DNA from: a virus
IMG/VR virus record: IMGVR_UViG_3300020424_000652
Reading direction: 5' to 3' (one strand)
Length of the DNA: 64,000 nt
Part shown: positions 49,865 to 58,028 of the stretch, one piece after another
Layout of the letters: every line of letters starts with the position of its first letter
Position numbering within the stretch: position 1 is the stretch's first letter
Notes under the pieces: generated by a model
The model's input: the letters and a program-made list of their open reading frames with translations, nothing else
Database searches by the model: none
What the model was told of the DNA's origin: nothing
Program-made: the position numbers and the translations under genes

Positions 49865-50844
49865 ACAGGATACCTTGCTTGTAATGGTTCAGCATAAGCC
49901 TGTGCATTATCAGTTATTCTTTGCATATCATAAATTGCACAAAACTTCATTAATCTTAAACCAACCTGTTTGATGTTTTTTGGTTGTGCATTTTCTGATA
50001 TTGTATTTTTAATTTTTTCTTTTACATTTTCAGGTTGTGCTGTCAAGTCGCATAATGTTACATTTCTATTGTAGTCATCAAGTACTCTGTGTTCTTGACC
50101 TTCATGATCTACCCATCTCTGCAACATCAAGTTATTCCAAGCATATCCTTTGTTGCTTTTATCTGCAAATGCTTCTTCAAGACCTACTTTGTTTTTTGTG
50201 CCTTTGACTCTCACTCCAGGATAAGCACTGAACACGTTGTCACTTGTATCGCCTCGCATACATTTTTCAAACAATAACCATTCAGGATTAGGAGCGGCCT
50301 TTTCTTTACCAGTCTTTTTATCAACAACACGTTTGCCCTTGTCATCAAAGTAACCTTCACTTGTTATAGTTACATTTGATACACCATTGTATTGAGATAC
50401 CTTAGGACTTATCAGTTGTGCAAAATCACCATCAGTTGAAATAATAACGTGTTCATCATTAGGATGATGTTGTATCCAACCTGCAATAAGATCATCTGCT
50501 TCTAATTCATCATGTTGTAAAACTGTGCAATTAGTTTTCTGTGTGATAAAGTCACGGAAACTATCAAACGTTTCCCAGAAGACTTTTTCTTCTTCTTGTT
50601 GTGCTTCAGTCAAAGCATCTCTAAATTCTTGTCTATTACGTTTATAAGGTTGATAGAAATCCTTACGCCAGCTTCTTCCTTCTAAACAAAAAACAATATG
50701 ATCAGCATCAAAGTCATTCCATGCCTTCTTCAAACTGTTAAATGTTATGTGAAATGCCATGCCTACTTTTACATCAAGCTCACCACGAACAACGTGCCTT
50801 GCTCTAAAAAAAGTATTTGCGGTATCAACCAAAACGTATTTCAT
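49861..50844 (-). CDS. rnh: T4-type RNase H / 5'-3' flap exonuclease
   Basis: LVDTAN, WRKDFY..YKRNR, EADDLIA, ISTDGDF.QL, GDTSDNV (FEN/PIN-like fold). Confidence 0.85.
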   Translation of the reverse strand: MKYVLVDTANTFFRARHVVRGELDVKVGMAFHITFNSLKKAWNDFDADHIVFCLEGRSWRKDFYQPYKRNRQEFRDALTEAQQEEEKVFWETFDSFRDFITQKTNCTVLQHDELEADDLIAGWIQHHPNDEHVIISTDGDFAQLISPKVSQYNGVSNVTITSEGYFDDKGKRVVDKKTGKEKAAPNPEWLLFEKCMRGDTSDNVFSAYPGVRVKGTKNKVGLEEAFADKSNKGYAWNNLMLQRWVDHEGQEHRVLDDYNRNVTLCDLTAQPENVKEKIKNTISENAQPKNIKQVGLRLMKFCAIYDMQRITDNAQAYAEPLQARYPV

Positions 50845-50930
50845 TAGCTTACCTGTACTGCAACGTAAAATAATAAACCAAGTATTGAAAAGTTAATTAT
50901 CATGTTTATGTAATTTGGATTTGGACTCAT
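50844..50930 (-). CDS. 28-aa membrane microprotein (not in track)
   Basis: MSPNPNYINMIINFSILGLLFYVAVQVS; GGAGG upstream; TAATG-coupled to rnh. Confidence 0.5.
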   Translation of the reverse strand: MSPNPNYINMIINFSILGLLFYVAVQVS

Positions 50931-50931
50931 T

Positions 50932-51312
50932 TTAACTTACCTCCGATTTTCCGTCATCTCTTTTGTTTATCTTAATATAACCTGAATCCCTGTTTGGGTC
51001 AAGTCCCTGTTCTTCCAAAATGTTTCTTGCAATAGTTTTAAACCATGCATCAACAATTTGTTCGTTAGTTTCGCCTTTGTAGCCTGCATCAAGAAGTTGT
51101 TCAATAAACTCATTGTTCCAATCAAGCTCAAAGAATCCATTCTTTATGTCATGATGGTTAACGTGAGTGTTCAAGACAGCTACCCAAGGTTTCTTTGCCT
51201 TTGTGGCCGCTTTCTTTTCTTCTTCCAAAAGACGCAGTCTTTTTTGTTCAGACGTTTCTTCTTTTGGATTTTTCTTGAACTTATCCTTGACTTTGTTTAT
51301 AAAGTCTTTCAT
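50932..51312 (-). CDS. Hypothetical protein
   Basis: Start reassigned to ATG 51312 after GGAG. Confidence 0.7.
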   Translation of the reverse strand: MKDFINKVKDKFKKNPKEETSEQKRLRLLEEEKKAATKAKKPWVAVLNTHVNHHDIKNGFFELDWNNEFIEQLLDAGYKGETNEQIVDAWFKTIARNILEEQGLDPNRDSGYIKINKRDDGKSEVS

Positions 51313-51659
51313 AATTGTGCTCCATTTATATACCAATCCTGACCATAGCTAATTAAACAATAGCTTTCATAACCAGGATGATACTCTACTATTGTATACG
51401 TTCTAGTAATTGGATTACTGTAAATTGAAACTGGTAACCATACCGGAACTGTACTCAATGCCTCCATATCACGTACTGTCGTCTCCTGTACACCACCAGC
51501 TATAAGAACTTCACCTCTTTCTTTCAGTCCTTCATCTAATACATCTTTTTGCATACACACTACTGGTTTCTCTTGCCATTCAACTGCACTAGCATCTTTG
51601 TAAACAACGATACCAATAAACAGTACAAAAATTGTTAATAATATTCGTAACGGTTTCAT
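51309..51659 (-). CDS. Hypothetical exported protein
   Basis: Signal-peptide-like N-terminus; AGGAGG RBS; two Cys. Confidence 0.65.
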   Translation of the reverse strand: MKPLRILLTIFVLFIGIVVYKDASAVEWQEKPVVCMQKDVLDEGLKERGEVLIAGGVQETTVRDMEALSTVPVWLPVSIYSNPITRTYTIVEYHPGYESYCLISYGQDWYINGAQL

Positions 51660-51670
51660 TTTATCACCTC

Positions 51671-52573
51671 CTAAGTGCCTATTGCGTTTCCGAACAGATA
51701 TACATGAACCCTTGCGGCCACGTTATATCCTCTTCTAAATGCCTTTTGTGCAACTTCTCCTGCCGTTGCACTCTGCTCTTCTTCCCTGGCACCTACAGGC
51801 ATAATCCATACTGGCCAATCAACACCAGCAGATCTAAATTTTTCTAATGCTTCTTCCATCTCATTCCATTCTCTGTCTTTGTCACCAACCACAAATTTAA
51901 GTTGTCCTTTGCTTGAAAGTTTTCTATATTCTGCAACAACTTCTGGCTTTATTGCTTTTTTGCTTTCTTCTCCAGATACTGTAAACAGTTTAGGACTACA
52001 ACTAAAAAATATTTCTGTATCAATCTCTTTTACCCAATCAATAAAGTTAGGCTTCAACATCTGTGTACCATTAGTTTCAAATGTCATACTACTGGGCAAG
52101 TTATCTTGCTTTTGTAATTCCCTATAAATGCCTATGGTTGCTTCTTGTCCTGTTGGCATCAAAGGCTCGCCACCTGTAATACATAAGTGTTGATGTTGTT
52201 TACTAACAGGATGTAAAAACTTACCTTCTGGATTGTCTTCATTTTTTAAAACATCAACAATCTTGTTTGCAAGTACCTGTGGAGTTTCTTGCCCCATCAA
52301 GTGTTTGTATTTTTTTGCCCAAGTGTAGCTAGAATCACAACCTTTCTCCCACACAGGCAAGTCTTCAACTCTTTTTATTTTAGATACATCATAATCCAAA
52401 AAAGGCAGATCATATGTATCAGGATTAGTTGGATCTATCTGTCCAAATCCATTACATTGTAAATTGCAAAGAAAGAAACGTATCCATGCAGTAGGCACAC
52501 CTGTATAGTGTCCTTCTCCTTGGATACTATAAAATATCTCACTGTAATAGTATTTTCTTTCTTTTTTATCCAT
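51671..52573 (-). CDS. queE: 7-carboxy-7-deazaguanine synthase (radical SAM)
   Basis: SEIFYSIQGEG..G.P..IRF..CNLQC...GCDS.Y, ITGGEP, ETNGT, SPKL, RVHVYL; near folE and queD. Confidence 0.88.
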   Translation of the reverse strand: MDKKERKYYYSEIFYSIQGEGHYTGVPTAWIRFFLCNLQCNGFGQIDPTNPDTYDLPFLDYDVSKIKRVEDLPVWEKGCDSSYTWAKKYKHLMGQETPQVLANKIVDVLKNEDNPEGKFLHPVSKQHQHLCITGGEPLMPTGQEATIGIYRELQKQDNLPSSMTFETNGTQMLKPNFIDWVKEIDTEIFFSCSPKLFTVSGEESKKAIKPEVVAEYRKLSSKGQLKFVVGDKDREWNEMEEALEKFRSAGVDWPVWIMPVGAREEEQSATAGEVAQKAFRRGYNVAARVHVYLFGNAIGT

Positions 52574-52719
52574 TAGCTAAACCTATCATATAGTGCTATT
52601 ATAACATGAAAAGCACCATATGTAAAGATACAAAATATAACAAATTTCAAAAATTTGTTCATTCCGTCATCAGCCATTACTTCCCATTGTGGCCTTTGTT
52701 TTTTGGATTTGAAAAACAT
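52573..52719 (-). CDS. 48-aa membrane microprotein (not in track)
   Basis: MFFKSKKQRPQWEVMADDGMNKFLKFVIFCIFTYGAFHVIIALYDRFS; GGAGG RBS; TAATG-coupled to queE. Confidence 0.55.
   Translation of the reverse strand: MFFKSKKQRPQWEVMADDGMNKFLKFVIFCIFTYGAFHVIIALYDRFS
52598..52626 (-). promoter_or_regulatory. sigma70-type promoter for queE
   Basis: TTTACA-17 nt-TATAAT with extended -10 TG, about 25 nt upstream of the queE ATG. Confidence 0.65.
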
Positions 52720-52905
52720 TTATCCCTCCAAACTAATGAGTGGTTCATCAGTGTAACTATCGTGGTAGTCACCATTACTCATGAATTGTCTAGTAGATGT
52801 TTCTTTTACAAACATACCATTTTTCTTGCGATATGTGATAAAAACTGCTTTGACAACACCATCAGTATCTCTATCAATGTGTTCTTTCATTGGACCTTCC
52901 TTCAT
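52720..52905 (-). CDS. Hypothetical protein
   Basis: 61 aa, GAGGAG RBS. Confidence 0.6.
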   Translation of the reverse strand: MKEGPMKEHIDRDTDGVVKAVFITYRKKNGMFVKETSTRQFMSNGDYHDSYTDEPLISLEG

Positions 52906-53153
52906 TAAACTATCTCCTCTATTATACCCAATACTTCAGCTAGAAATAAAACGGCACCTGCCGCCATGATTAAGAATCCTGCATCTGCAATAAAGATATC
53001 AGTATAGTTGTTCTCTGACCATAGAGAATAACCTGCATAGCAAAGCATGGCACTTGCTACAAATCTAAAAATACTTTTTACAATACTCACTGCAAAATGA
53101 CCATCACCTGGGTCTTTGTTTGCAGGAATAATAATTTTTTCTGGTATAGGCAT
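52905..53153 (-). CDS. Small membrane protein
   Basis: Two TM-like segments; AAGGAG RBS. Confidence 0.65.
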   Translation of the reverse strand: MPIPEKIIIPANKDPGDGHFAVSIVKSIFRFVASAMLCYAGYSLWSENNYTDIFIADAGFLIMAAGAVLFLAEVLGIIEEIV

Positions 53154-53162
53154 ATTTACTCC

Positions 53163-53387
53163 TTAATAACTTGCCATTATTACAAACACTATACAAGCCA
53201 CAAAGCCTGCAAGTAAAACATGGTTACCTAAATTTAACCAACTGCCTCCTAAATTTGTTTGATTCTTAGGATCAATTATTCTTGCTTTAAAACCTTTGTC
53301 AACCTTAGGCAACTTTGGAGCGGCATGAGTATCCACTCCGAACTTATCTGTAGTATCAAAAAGTTCGAGTTGTTTTTCGTTTTCCAT
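53163..53387 (-). CDS. Small protein with C-terminal TM segment
   Basis: 74 aa; TAATG coupling. Confidence 0.6.
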   Translation of the reverse strand: MENEKQLELFDTTDKFGVDTHAAPKLPKVDKGFKARIIDPKNQTNLGGSWLNLGNHVLLAGFVACIVFVIMASY

Positions 53388-53491
53388 TACATTCCTGCTT
53401 GGTTATATGCCAACAAAAGACCGAAGCCGAACACGGCCAGGATCCATATTGTTGGCAAGTTGTCTAAAATCCACCACTTCAATTTATTCAT
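53387..53491 (-). CDS. 34-aa membrane microprotein (not in track)
   Basis: MNKLKWWILDNLPTIWILAVFGFGLLLAYNQAGM; GGAG RBS; coupled on both sides. Confidence 0.55.
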   Translation of the reverse strand: MNKLKWWILDNLPTIWILAVFGFGLLLAYNQAGM

Positions 53492-53882
53492 GCTCTCCGC
53501 CTGGGTCACCTTTTGGTAAATTAATTTTATAAGGATTACCATTCTTATCTCGCATAATCATAGTCTGTCTTCCTCTACCATACGAGTGATATCCTTTTAT
53601 AAAGTTGAAAGCATTTGGGCTTCTTTCTGCAACCTTAAATGTTGCAACAGTAACCACAATAGCAGTGATAAAGGCAATGTGTGCTATTGAACTGTAAGCA
53701 AAAACTGTAATGCTATCTGCGATAAGCAAAGCAAATACACCTGACCACATAAATGCCAACACCTGCATCACCATGTGTCTAACCTGTAAGTCTGGAATGT
53801 GTCTCAATGGATTACGTTCATAATTCATTACACCATTCCAAGCATCAACTATAAATTGTCTAAATTTGTATTGCATAACCAT
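53484..53882 (-). CDS. Membrane protein
   Basis: Two TM-like segments; AAGGA RBS. Confidence 0.7.
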   Translation of the reverse strand: MVMQYKFRQFIVDAWNGVMNYERNPLRHIPDLQVRHMVMQVLAFMWSGVFALLIADSITVFAYSSIAHIAFITAIVVTVATFKVAERSPNAFNFIKGYHSYGRGRQTMIMRDKNGNPYKINLPKGDPGGEHE

Positions 53883-53894
53883 GACCTGTCCTTT

Positions 53895-54581
53895 CTATCT
53901 GGGTGCAAACTCTTGTTGAAGTTTAATGTTATCCATAAACTCCTTCTTAGTTCCAGGGTCATCATTGAATGCTCCTTTCAACACAGTCGTCTGCGTCAAA
54001 CTACTATGAGCACCTATACCCCTATTCTCACAACAACCATGTGTTGCTTGTAAGTAAACTCCAATGTTAGAACTGCCTGTTGCTTTTGCTATTTGTCTAG
54101 CAATCTCATTATTAAGTTCTTCTTGGAGTGTTCCACGTTTAGCACACCATTGTGCAATACGTGTATACTTTGAAAGTCCTATAAGTGTTTCTGCCGCAAT
54201 AATTCCAATGTATGCAACGCCACTCACTGGTTGATGATGATGTGAACACATACTCTTGATTTCACTTCGCACAACCAACATACCTTTGTACCCATCATCT
54301 ACATGATTAGGAAAAGCAGTTGCATTTGGCATTGGCAGATATCTGCCACTCATTATTTCATTGTAATACATTTTTGCAAGACGTCTTGCAGTATCCATTG
54401 AATTGGGATCGGTAAATCTATCTATTAGTAGTCTGTCGAGGACTTGTTCGAATGCTTCTGTTGCCTCATCAATTAAAATTTCTTTTTCGCCTTTGTGTAT
54501 GTATTGGGCTATATTATCACCAGCCCAATACCTATGTTTATCAGCCTGTAAACGTTTTGTTATTTCTTCAAATTTTTTCAA
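53895..54581 (-). CDS. folE: GTP cyclohydrolase I
   Basis: TARRLAKMY, SMCSHHHQP, GLSKYTRI, LQEEL, HGCCENRG. Confidence 0.95.
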   Translation of the reverse strand: MKKFEEITKRLQADKHRYWAGDNIAQYIHKGEKEILIDEATEAFEQVLDRLLIDRFTDPNSMDTARRLAKMYYNEIMSGRYLPMPNATAFPNHVDDGYKGMLVVRSEIKSMCSHHHQPVSGVAYIGIIAAETLIGLSKYTRIAQWCAKRGTLQEELNNEIARQIAKATGSSNIGVYLQATHGCCENRGIGAHSSLTQTTVLKGAFNDDPGTKKEFMDNIKLQQEFAPR

Positions 54582-54628
54582 TTTCTTTCTCCGAGTTATA
54601 GACGAGGATGTCTCCAGTCTTAGTGTAT

Positions 54629-54657
54629 ACTATACACTTATTTAGGTTTTTTGTCAA
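54629..54657 (-). promoter_or_regulatory. sigma70-type promoter for folE with overlapping inverted repeat
   Basis: TTGACA-17 nt-TATAGT; inverted repeat AGTGTATA-c-TATACACT (54622-54638) spans the -10 box. Confidence 0.75.
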
Positions 54658-54669
54658 GTTTTAAATGCA

Positions 54670-54876
54670 TCAAAAGTATTTGTTGAGCATTTCAATTTGA
54701 TCATGATACATTGAAATGATATTCAATTCTTTTTCAATAGCTTCCAAAATATCAGGATGTTCACCTACACCAGCCGCATTGTGAAAGTAAACTTCCACGT
54801 TGGCTTTATGTTTGGCTATATGACCTTCTGCGTGTTTAATCATAGCTTCTATCATTAATTTTCTATCGTATGCCAT
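54670..54876 (-). CDS. Hypothetical protein
   Basis: 'HIAKHKANVEVY...GVGEHPDILEAIEKEL' helical small protein; start reassigned to 54876. Confidence 0.7.
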   Translation of the reverse strand: MAYDRKLMIEAMIKHAEGHIAKHKANVEVYFHNAAGVGEHPDILEAIEKELNIISMYHDQIEMLNKYF

Positions 54877-55747
54877 TCTTTTCCTTTCCAAATTGTTGTG
54901 GAAGATATTCTAAAGCGATAATCTTGTGAATATCATCTCCAAAATGTTCACCATCAACAGTTTTCTTTGTTATGTCTACTTTCTTCTCACGTAAGAACCA
55001 TTCCTCAACGTGACTGTTTGCGACTTGGATATAATCAAAATTATAAAAAGAATTCCTTAATTTAGGAATCAACATTTCATCTGGTATCCATGTCCATTTA
55101 TTTAAGCTAAAAAGTTTTAGCTCTGCTCCATTACGGCGACATAGCTCTTGTAGAATGAACATTTCTTTAAACCATTCTCTTTGTGCTTTGAGGCTCATAA
55201 TTTCCATCCAAGTCTTTACTTTCATGTATGGCTCTGCTCTCAAGTCTGGAGCACCCATCATGAACCTTGGATCAAACTTCACATTAAAATACAATCTTTT
55301 TTCATAGTCTTCAGGATAGCATTGTAACGGAATATCAAATATCTTTCTTTCATCATTGTGTAGTTTCTTTAACCACAGGTCAATCTTGCCTTTTTTGTGT
55401 TCTAAATGATACAGTTCATCATGTGGAACCATGTTTTCGTAATCAGGTGGATCCATCATTGTAAGTCTAAATCTATTCCAATAAGTGTTTTGTACAACGA
55501 CTTCTTTTATATCATCATATTTTTTAAATAAGAAACTTAACCATTCACTGTATTCCCACCAACCATTGCTACTGTTGGCGAATATGACACCGTCAGCATC
55601 TTTGCTATTGATGTAGAACTCAGCCCAATTATTATCGTGCCACTTGCCACTGTAAGGCCAAGTCTTATGATTAAGACTAACATCTTCAGGAATATCAGCA
55701 ACATGATATCCGCAAGTGTGACTACAACCTAGTGCCGCGATTCTCAT
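54863..55747 (-). CDS. SGNH/GDSL-fold protein
   Basis: LGCSHT N-terminal block, DGEH C-terminal block. Confidence 0.55.
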   Translation of the reverse strand: MRIAALGCSHTCGYHVADIPEDVSLNHKTWPYSGKWHDNNWAEFYINSKDADGVIFANSSNGWWEYSEWLSFLFKKYDDIKEVVVQNTYWNRFRLTMMDPPDYENMVPHDELYHLEHKKGKIDLWLKKLHNDERKIFDIPLQCYPEDYEKRLYFNVKFDPRFMMGAPDLRAEPYMKVKTWMEIMSLKAQREWFKEMFILQELCRRNGAELKLFSLNKWTWIPDEMLIPKLRNSFYNFDYIQVANSHVEEWFLREKKVDITKKTVDGEHFGDDIHKIIALEYLPQQFGKEKNGIR

Positions 55748-56169
55748 CTTCTTTTAAGTATCCTTTCTTGAGCTTCAATAATTTCCTGTGTGTTAAAAGA
55801 ACCATCTCTTCTTTTTGCATCTTCGTCAGTGTATTTTTGCTTTTCTGGAATGACACCTCTTACACCTCCTTTAGGATCATCCATATCTCCTACACGTCTT
55901 GGAATCAAATGTACGTGTGGATACATCACAGTTTGTCCTGCTTCTTTACCAACATTTTGTCCTATGTTAAAAGCATCACAATAACCACGTTCTACCCAAT
56001 CATATCCCCATTTGTAAGCGGCAGTAAAACAAGCTGTCAAGTGTTCCCAGTCTTCTACCTTAGGCACAAAAAGAACGTGTCCTTCAGTTACAGGATACTT
56101 GTCTTTGAATACTGTAAATTCTTTTGTATCTATTAATACGTCTTTCCAAGGTACTTCACTATACTGCAT
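55744..56169 (-). CDS. HIT-family nucleotide hydrolase
   Basis: DKYPVTEGHVLFVPK, NIGQNVG..AGQTV.YPHVHLIPR. Confidence 0.9.
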   Translation of the reverse strand: MQYSEVPWKDVLIDTKEFTVFKDKYPVTEGHVLFVPKVEDWEHLTACFTAAYKWGYDWVERGYCDAFNIGQNVGKEAGQTVMYPHVHLIPRRVGDMDDPKGGVRGVIPEKQKYTDEDAKRRDGSFNTQEIIEAQERILKRR

Positions 56170-56557
56170 TAAACTCTTCCTTAATGTATCTTTTTAATTC
56201 ATGATCGCCTACGTTATCAGGTATACGTTTTTTATAAAACAATTCGTAACTGTCTGATCCATATTTTCCTACGCCATATAACTTGGTAGCATCTTCTCCG
56301 TCCCAAGTTAAAAAATCTTTTGTCATCTGTCGTATTGCATTCTCACGTCTATTGTAAAAGCCTAAACTTTTAATTACTTTGATTACAGTAGACTTTCTGC
56401 TTTTTAAGAAGGCTTCAGGAGTTGGCCATTTATCAAAAAATTCTGGTAACACCCTTTTGACTTGCATTCTTCCTGTTTGGTTTAAACAAATGACACCTAC
56501 AAAATGTTGCCATAAGTTTTCAACTTGTTGTTGCACCATTAAATCTTCACGCATCAT
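56159..56557 (-). CDS. HhH-GPD (MBD4-like) DNA glycosylase
   Basis: ICLNQT, FFDKWPTPE, LGFYNRR, LYGVGKYGSDSY, DHEL; matches the MBD4 catalytic-domain pattern. Confidence 0.8.
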   Translation of the reverse strand: MMREDLMVQQQVENLWQHFVGVICLNQTGRMQVKRVLPEFFDKWPTPEAFLKSRKSTVIKVIKSLGFYNRRENAIRQMTKDFLTWDGEDATKLYGVGKYGSDSYELFYKKRIPDNVGDHELKRYIKEEFNAV

Positions 56558-56789
56558 CTAACCACTCCGTTACTTGAATCATTTTGTGTAGTTTCTTTTT
56601 TGCTTCTTGCATATTCTTTGCAGGTACCCATGCCTGTCCTATGCCTTCTGTTGGACTTAATCTTTCTATTTCAAGTGCTATATCACTATCTGACTCTTTG
56701 TTCATTCTAATGACAGCAGGTACTTTAAATTTTAAGATATGAACAGTATCTTTTATTTCTGGAAATTTAATTACGTTATCTTCTGTCAT
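56547..56789 (-). CDS. Hypothetical protein
   Basis: 80 aa, coupled to its neighbours. Confidence 0.65.
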   Translation of the reverse strand: MTEDNVIKFPEIKDTVHILKFKVPAVIRMNKESDSDIALEIERLSPTEGIGQAWVPAKNMQEAKKKLHKMIQVTEWLDDA

Positions 56790-57490
56790 AACCTTGGTTT
56801 TATTTTAATTAATTTTTTTGGTCTTAACTTTAATGCTCTTTTCATTAAACTTATTATACCACCTTTTTTAAACTGTGTCAAGTATCTCTTTTTGTCCAAT
56901 TCTCTGATTAATTCATCTGTAAGCATACATTCTTGTAATTTTATATTTGTCTTTAAATTACTTGGAGTAAATTTAACATAACACAAAGGATCACCACGTC
57001 TAATGTGTAACTTATCATGCGTGTTATTAAAAACAAATCCCCAGCTTATACTTCTTATCCAACTATGAATATTAAAACTACCACCAATTACTTCTCCTGG
57101 CAATTCATATGGAAGTAGGAATGGAGGTAATATTTCCATCAACACAGGTTCATCTGCAACAAACAAGTAATTTAGATTAAATTGAAACATTGGTTTTTCA
57201 ACATCATACATTTCTTCTGGTTGATGTAATGTTACTAATCCTTGCAGTTGATTTGTATCTACTTCATCGCTTTCGATATCTACACCTCCCTCTTTAGGAA
57301 CGGCAGTGAAAGACACCGGTGACTTCAAAACAAATAGATTATTGTAAAAGCTCTGATATGAAGGGCAGTCTATTACACCTCTTTTGTTGTATTGCTTGTT
57401 TTCAACCTTTGGTGTTTTTAAACGTTCTGGTTCTATTACGAGTAGTTCCGGTATAGTTCCTGTCCAACACCATCCTATATTAGTCGTCAT
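56786..57490 (-). CDS. Hypothetical protein (beta-rich, DUF6065/dUTPase-like pattern)
   Basis: 'IDCPS...FVLKSP...IRRGDPLCYV'; start reassigned to 57490. Confidence 0.55.
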   Translation of the reverse strand: MTTNIGWCWTGTIPELLVIEPERLKTPKVENKQYNKRGVIDCPSYQSFYNNLFVLKSPVSFTAVPKEGGVDIESDEVDTNQLQGLVTLHQPEEMYDVEKPMFQFNLNYLFVADEPVLMEILPPFLLPYELPGEVIGGSFNIHSWIRSISWGFVFNNTHDKLHIRRGDPLCYVKFTPSNLKTNIKLQECMLTDELIRELDKKRYLTQFKKGGIISLMKRALKLRPKKLIKIKPRL

Positions 57491-58028
57491 AACTTCCAAC
57501 ATTTTCCCAAGGATAAACCAACCAAACATCTTCTTCTGCTTTGTTTACTTCATCACAGTGATAGGATACTTCATTAAACTTACTTGCAAAATTTTCTGTG
57601 AGTGTTGCAAATTTAACATTGTTGCCCCAGATACGTTTCCACTTGTCTGGATCTTTATGACGAGATTCCCAATCATTTTTTATCCAATTAAATGTAGCAC
57701 CTGTATCATTTATGTCATCTACTATTAATATCTTTTTACCAGTTGGAGAACCAGATACAATTTTTCCGTCTAGTATACCATAAGCATCATCGGCCATCCA
57801 ATCAACACTATCACCTGTCTTGCCTGTTTCGTTATCACGTAAACTTACTTTAATTGATTCACAACGTATGCCAGTCATGTTGCTTATAATTGTGGCAGGT
57901 ATGTTTCCACCTCTTGTGATACCTACTATGTAATCAGGTCTATAAAAGTCTGCATACATTTGGTTAACGATACTTACACACATTGATTCTACGTCTGACC
58001 ATGTGTAGTATTTCTTTTTAATTTTCAT
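57480..58028 (-). CDS. Type I phosphoribosyltransferase (purine PRTase-like)
   Basis: GITRGG, PRPP motif LIVDDINDTGAT, WLVYPWE. Confidence 0.9.
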   Translation of the reverse strand: MKIKKKYYTWSDVESMCVSIVNQMYADFYRPDYIVGITRGGNIPATIISNMTGIRCESIKVSLRDNETGKTGDSVDWMADDAYGILDGKIVSGSPTGKKILIVDDINDTGATFNWIKNDWESRHKDPDKWKRIWGNNVKFATLTENFASKFNEVSYHCDEVNKAEEDVWLVYPWENVGSYDD

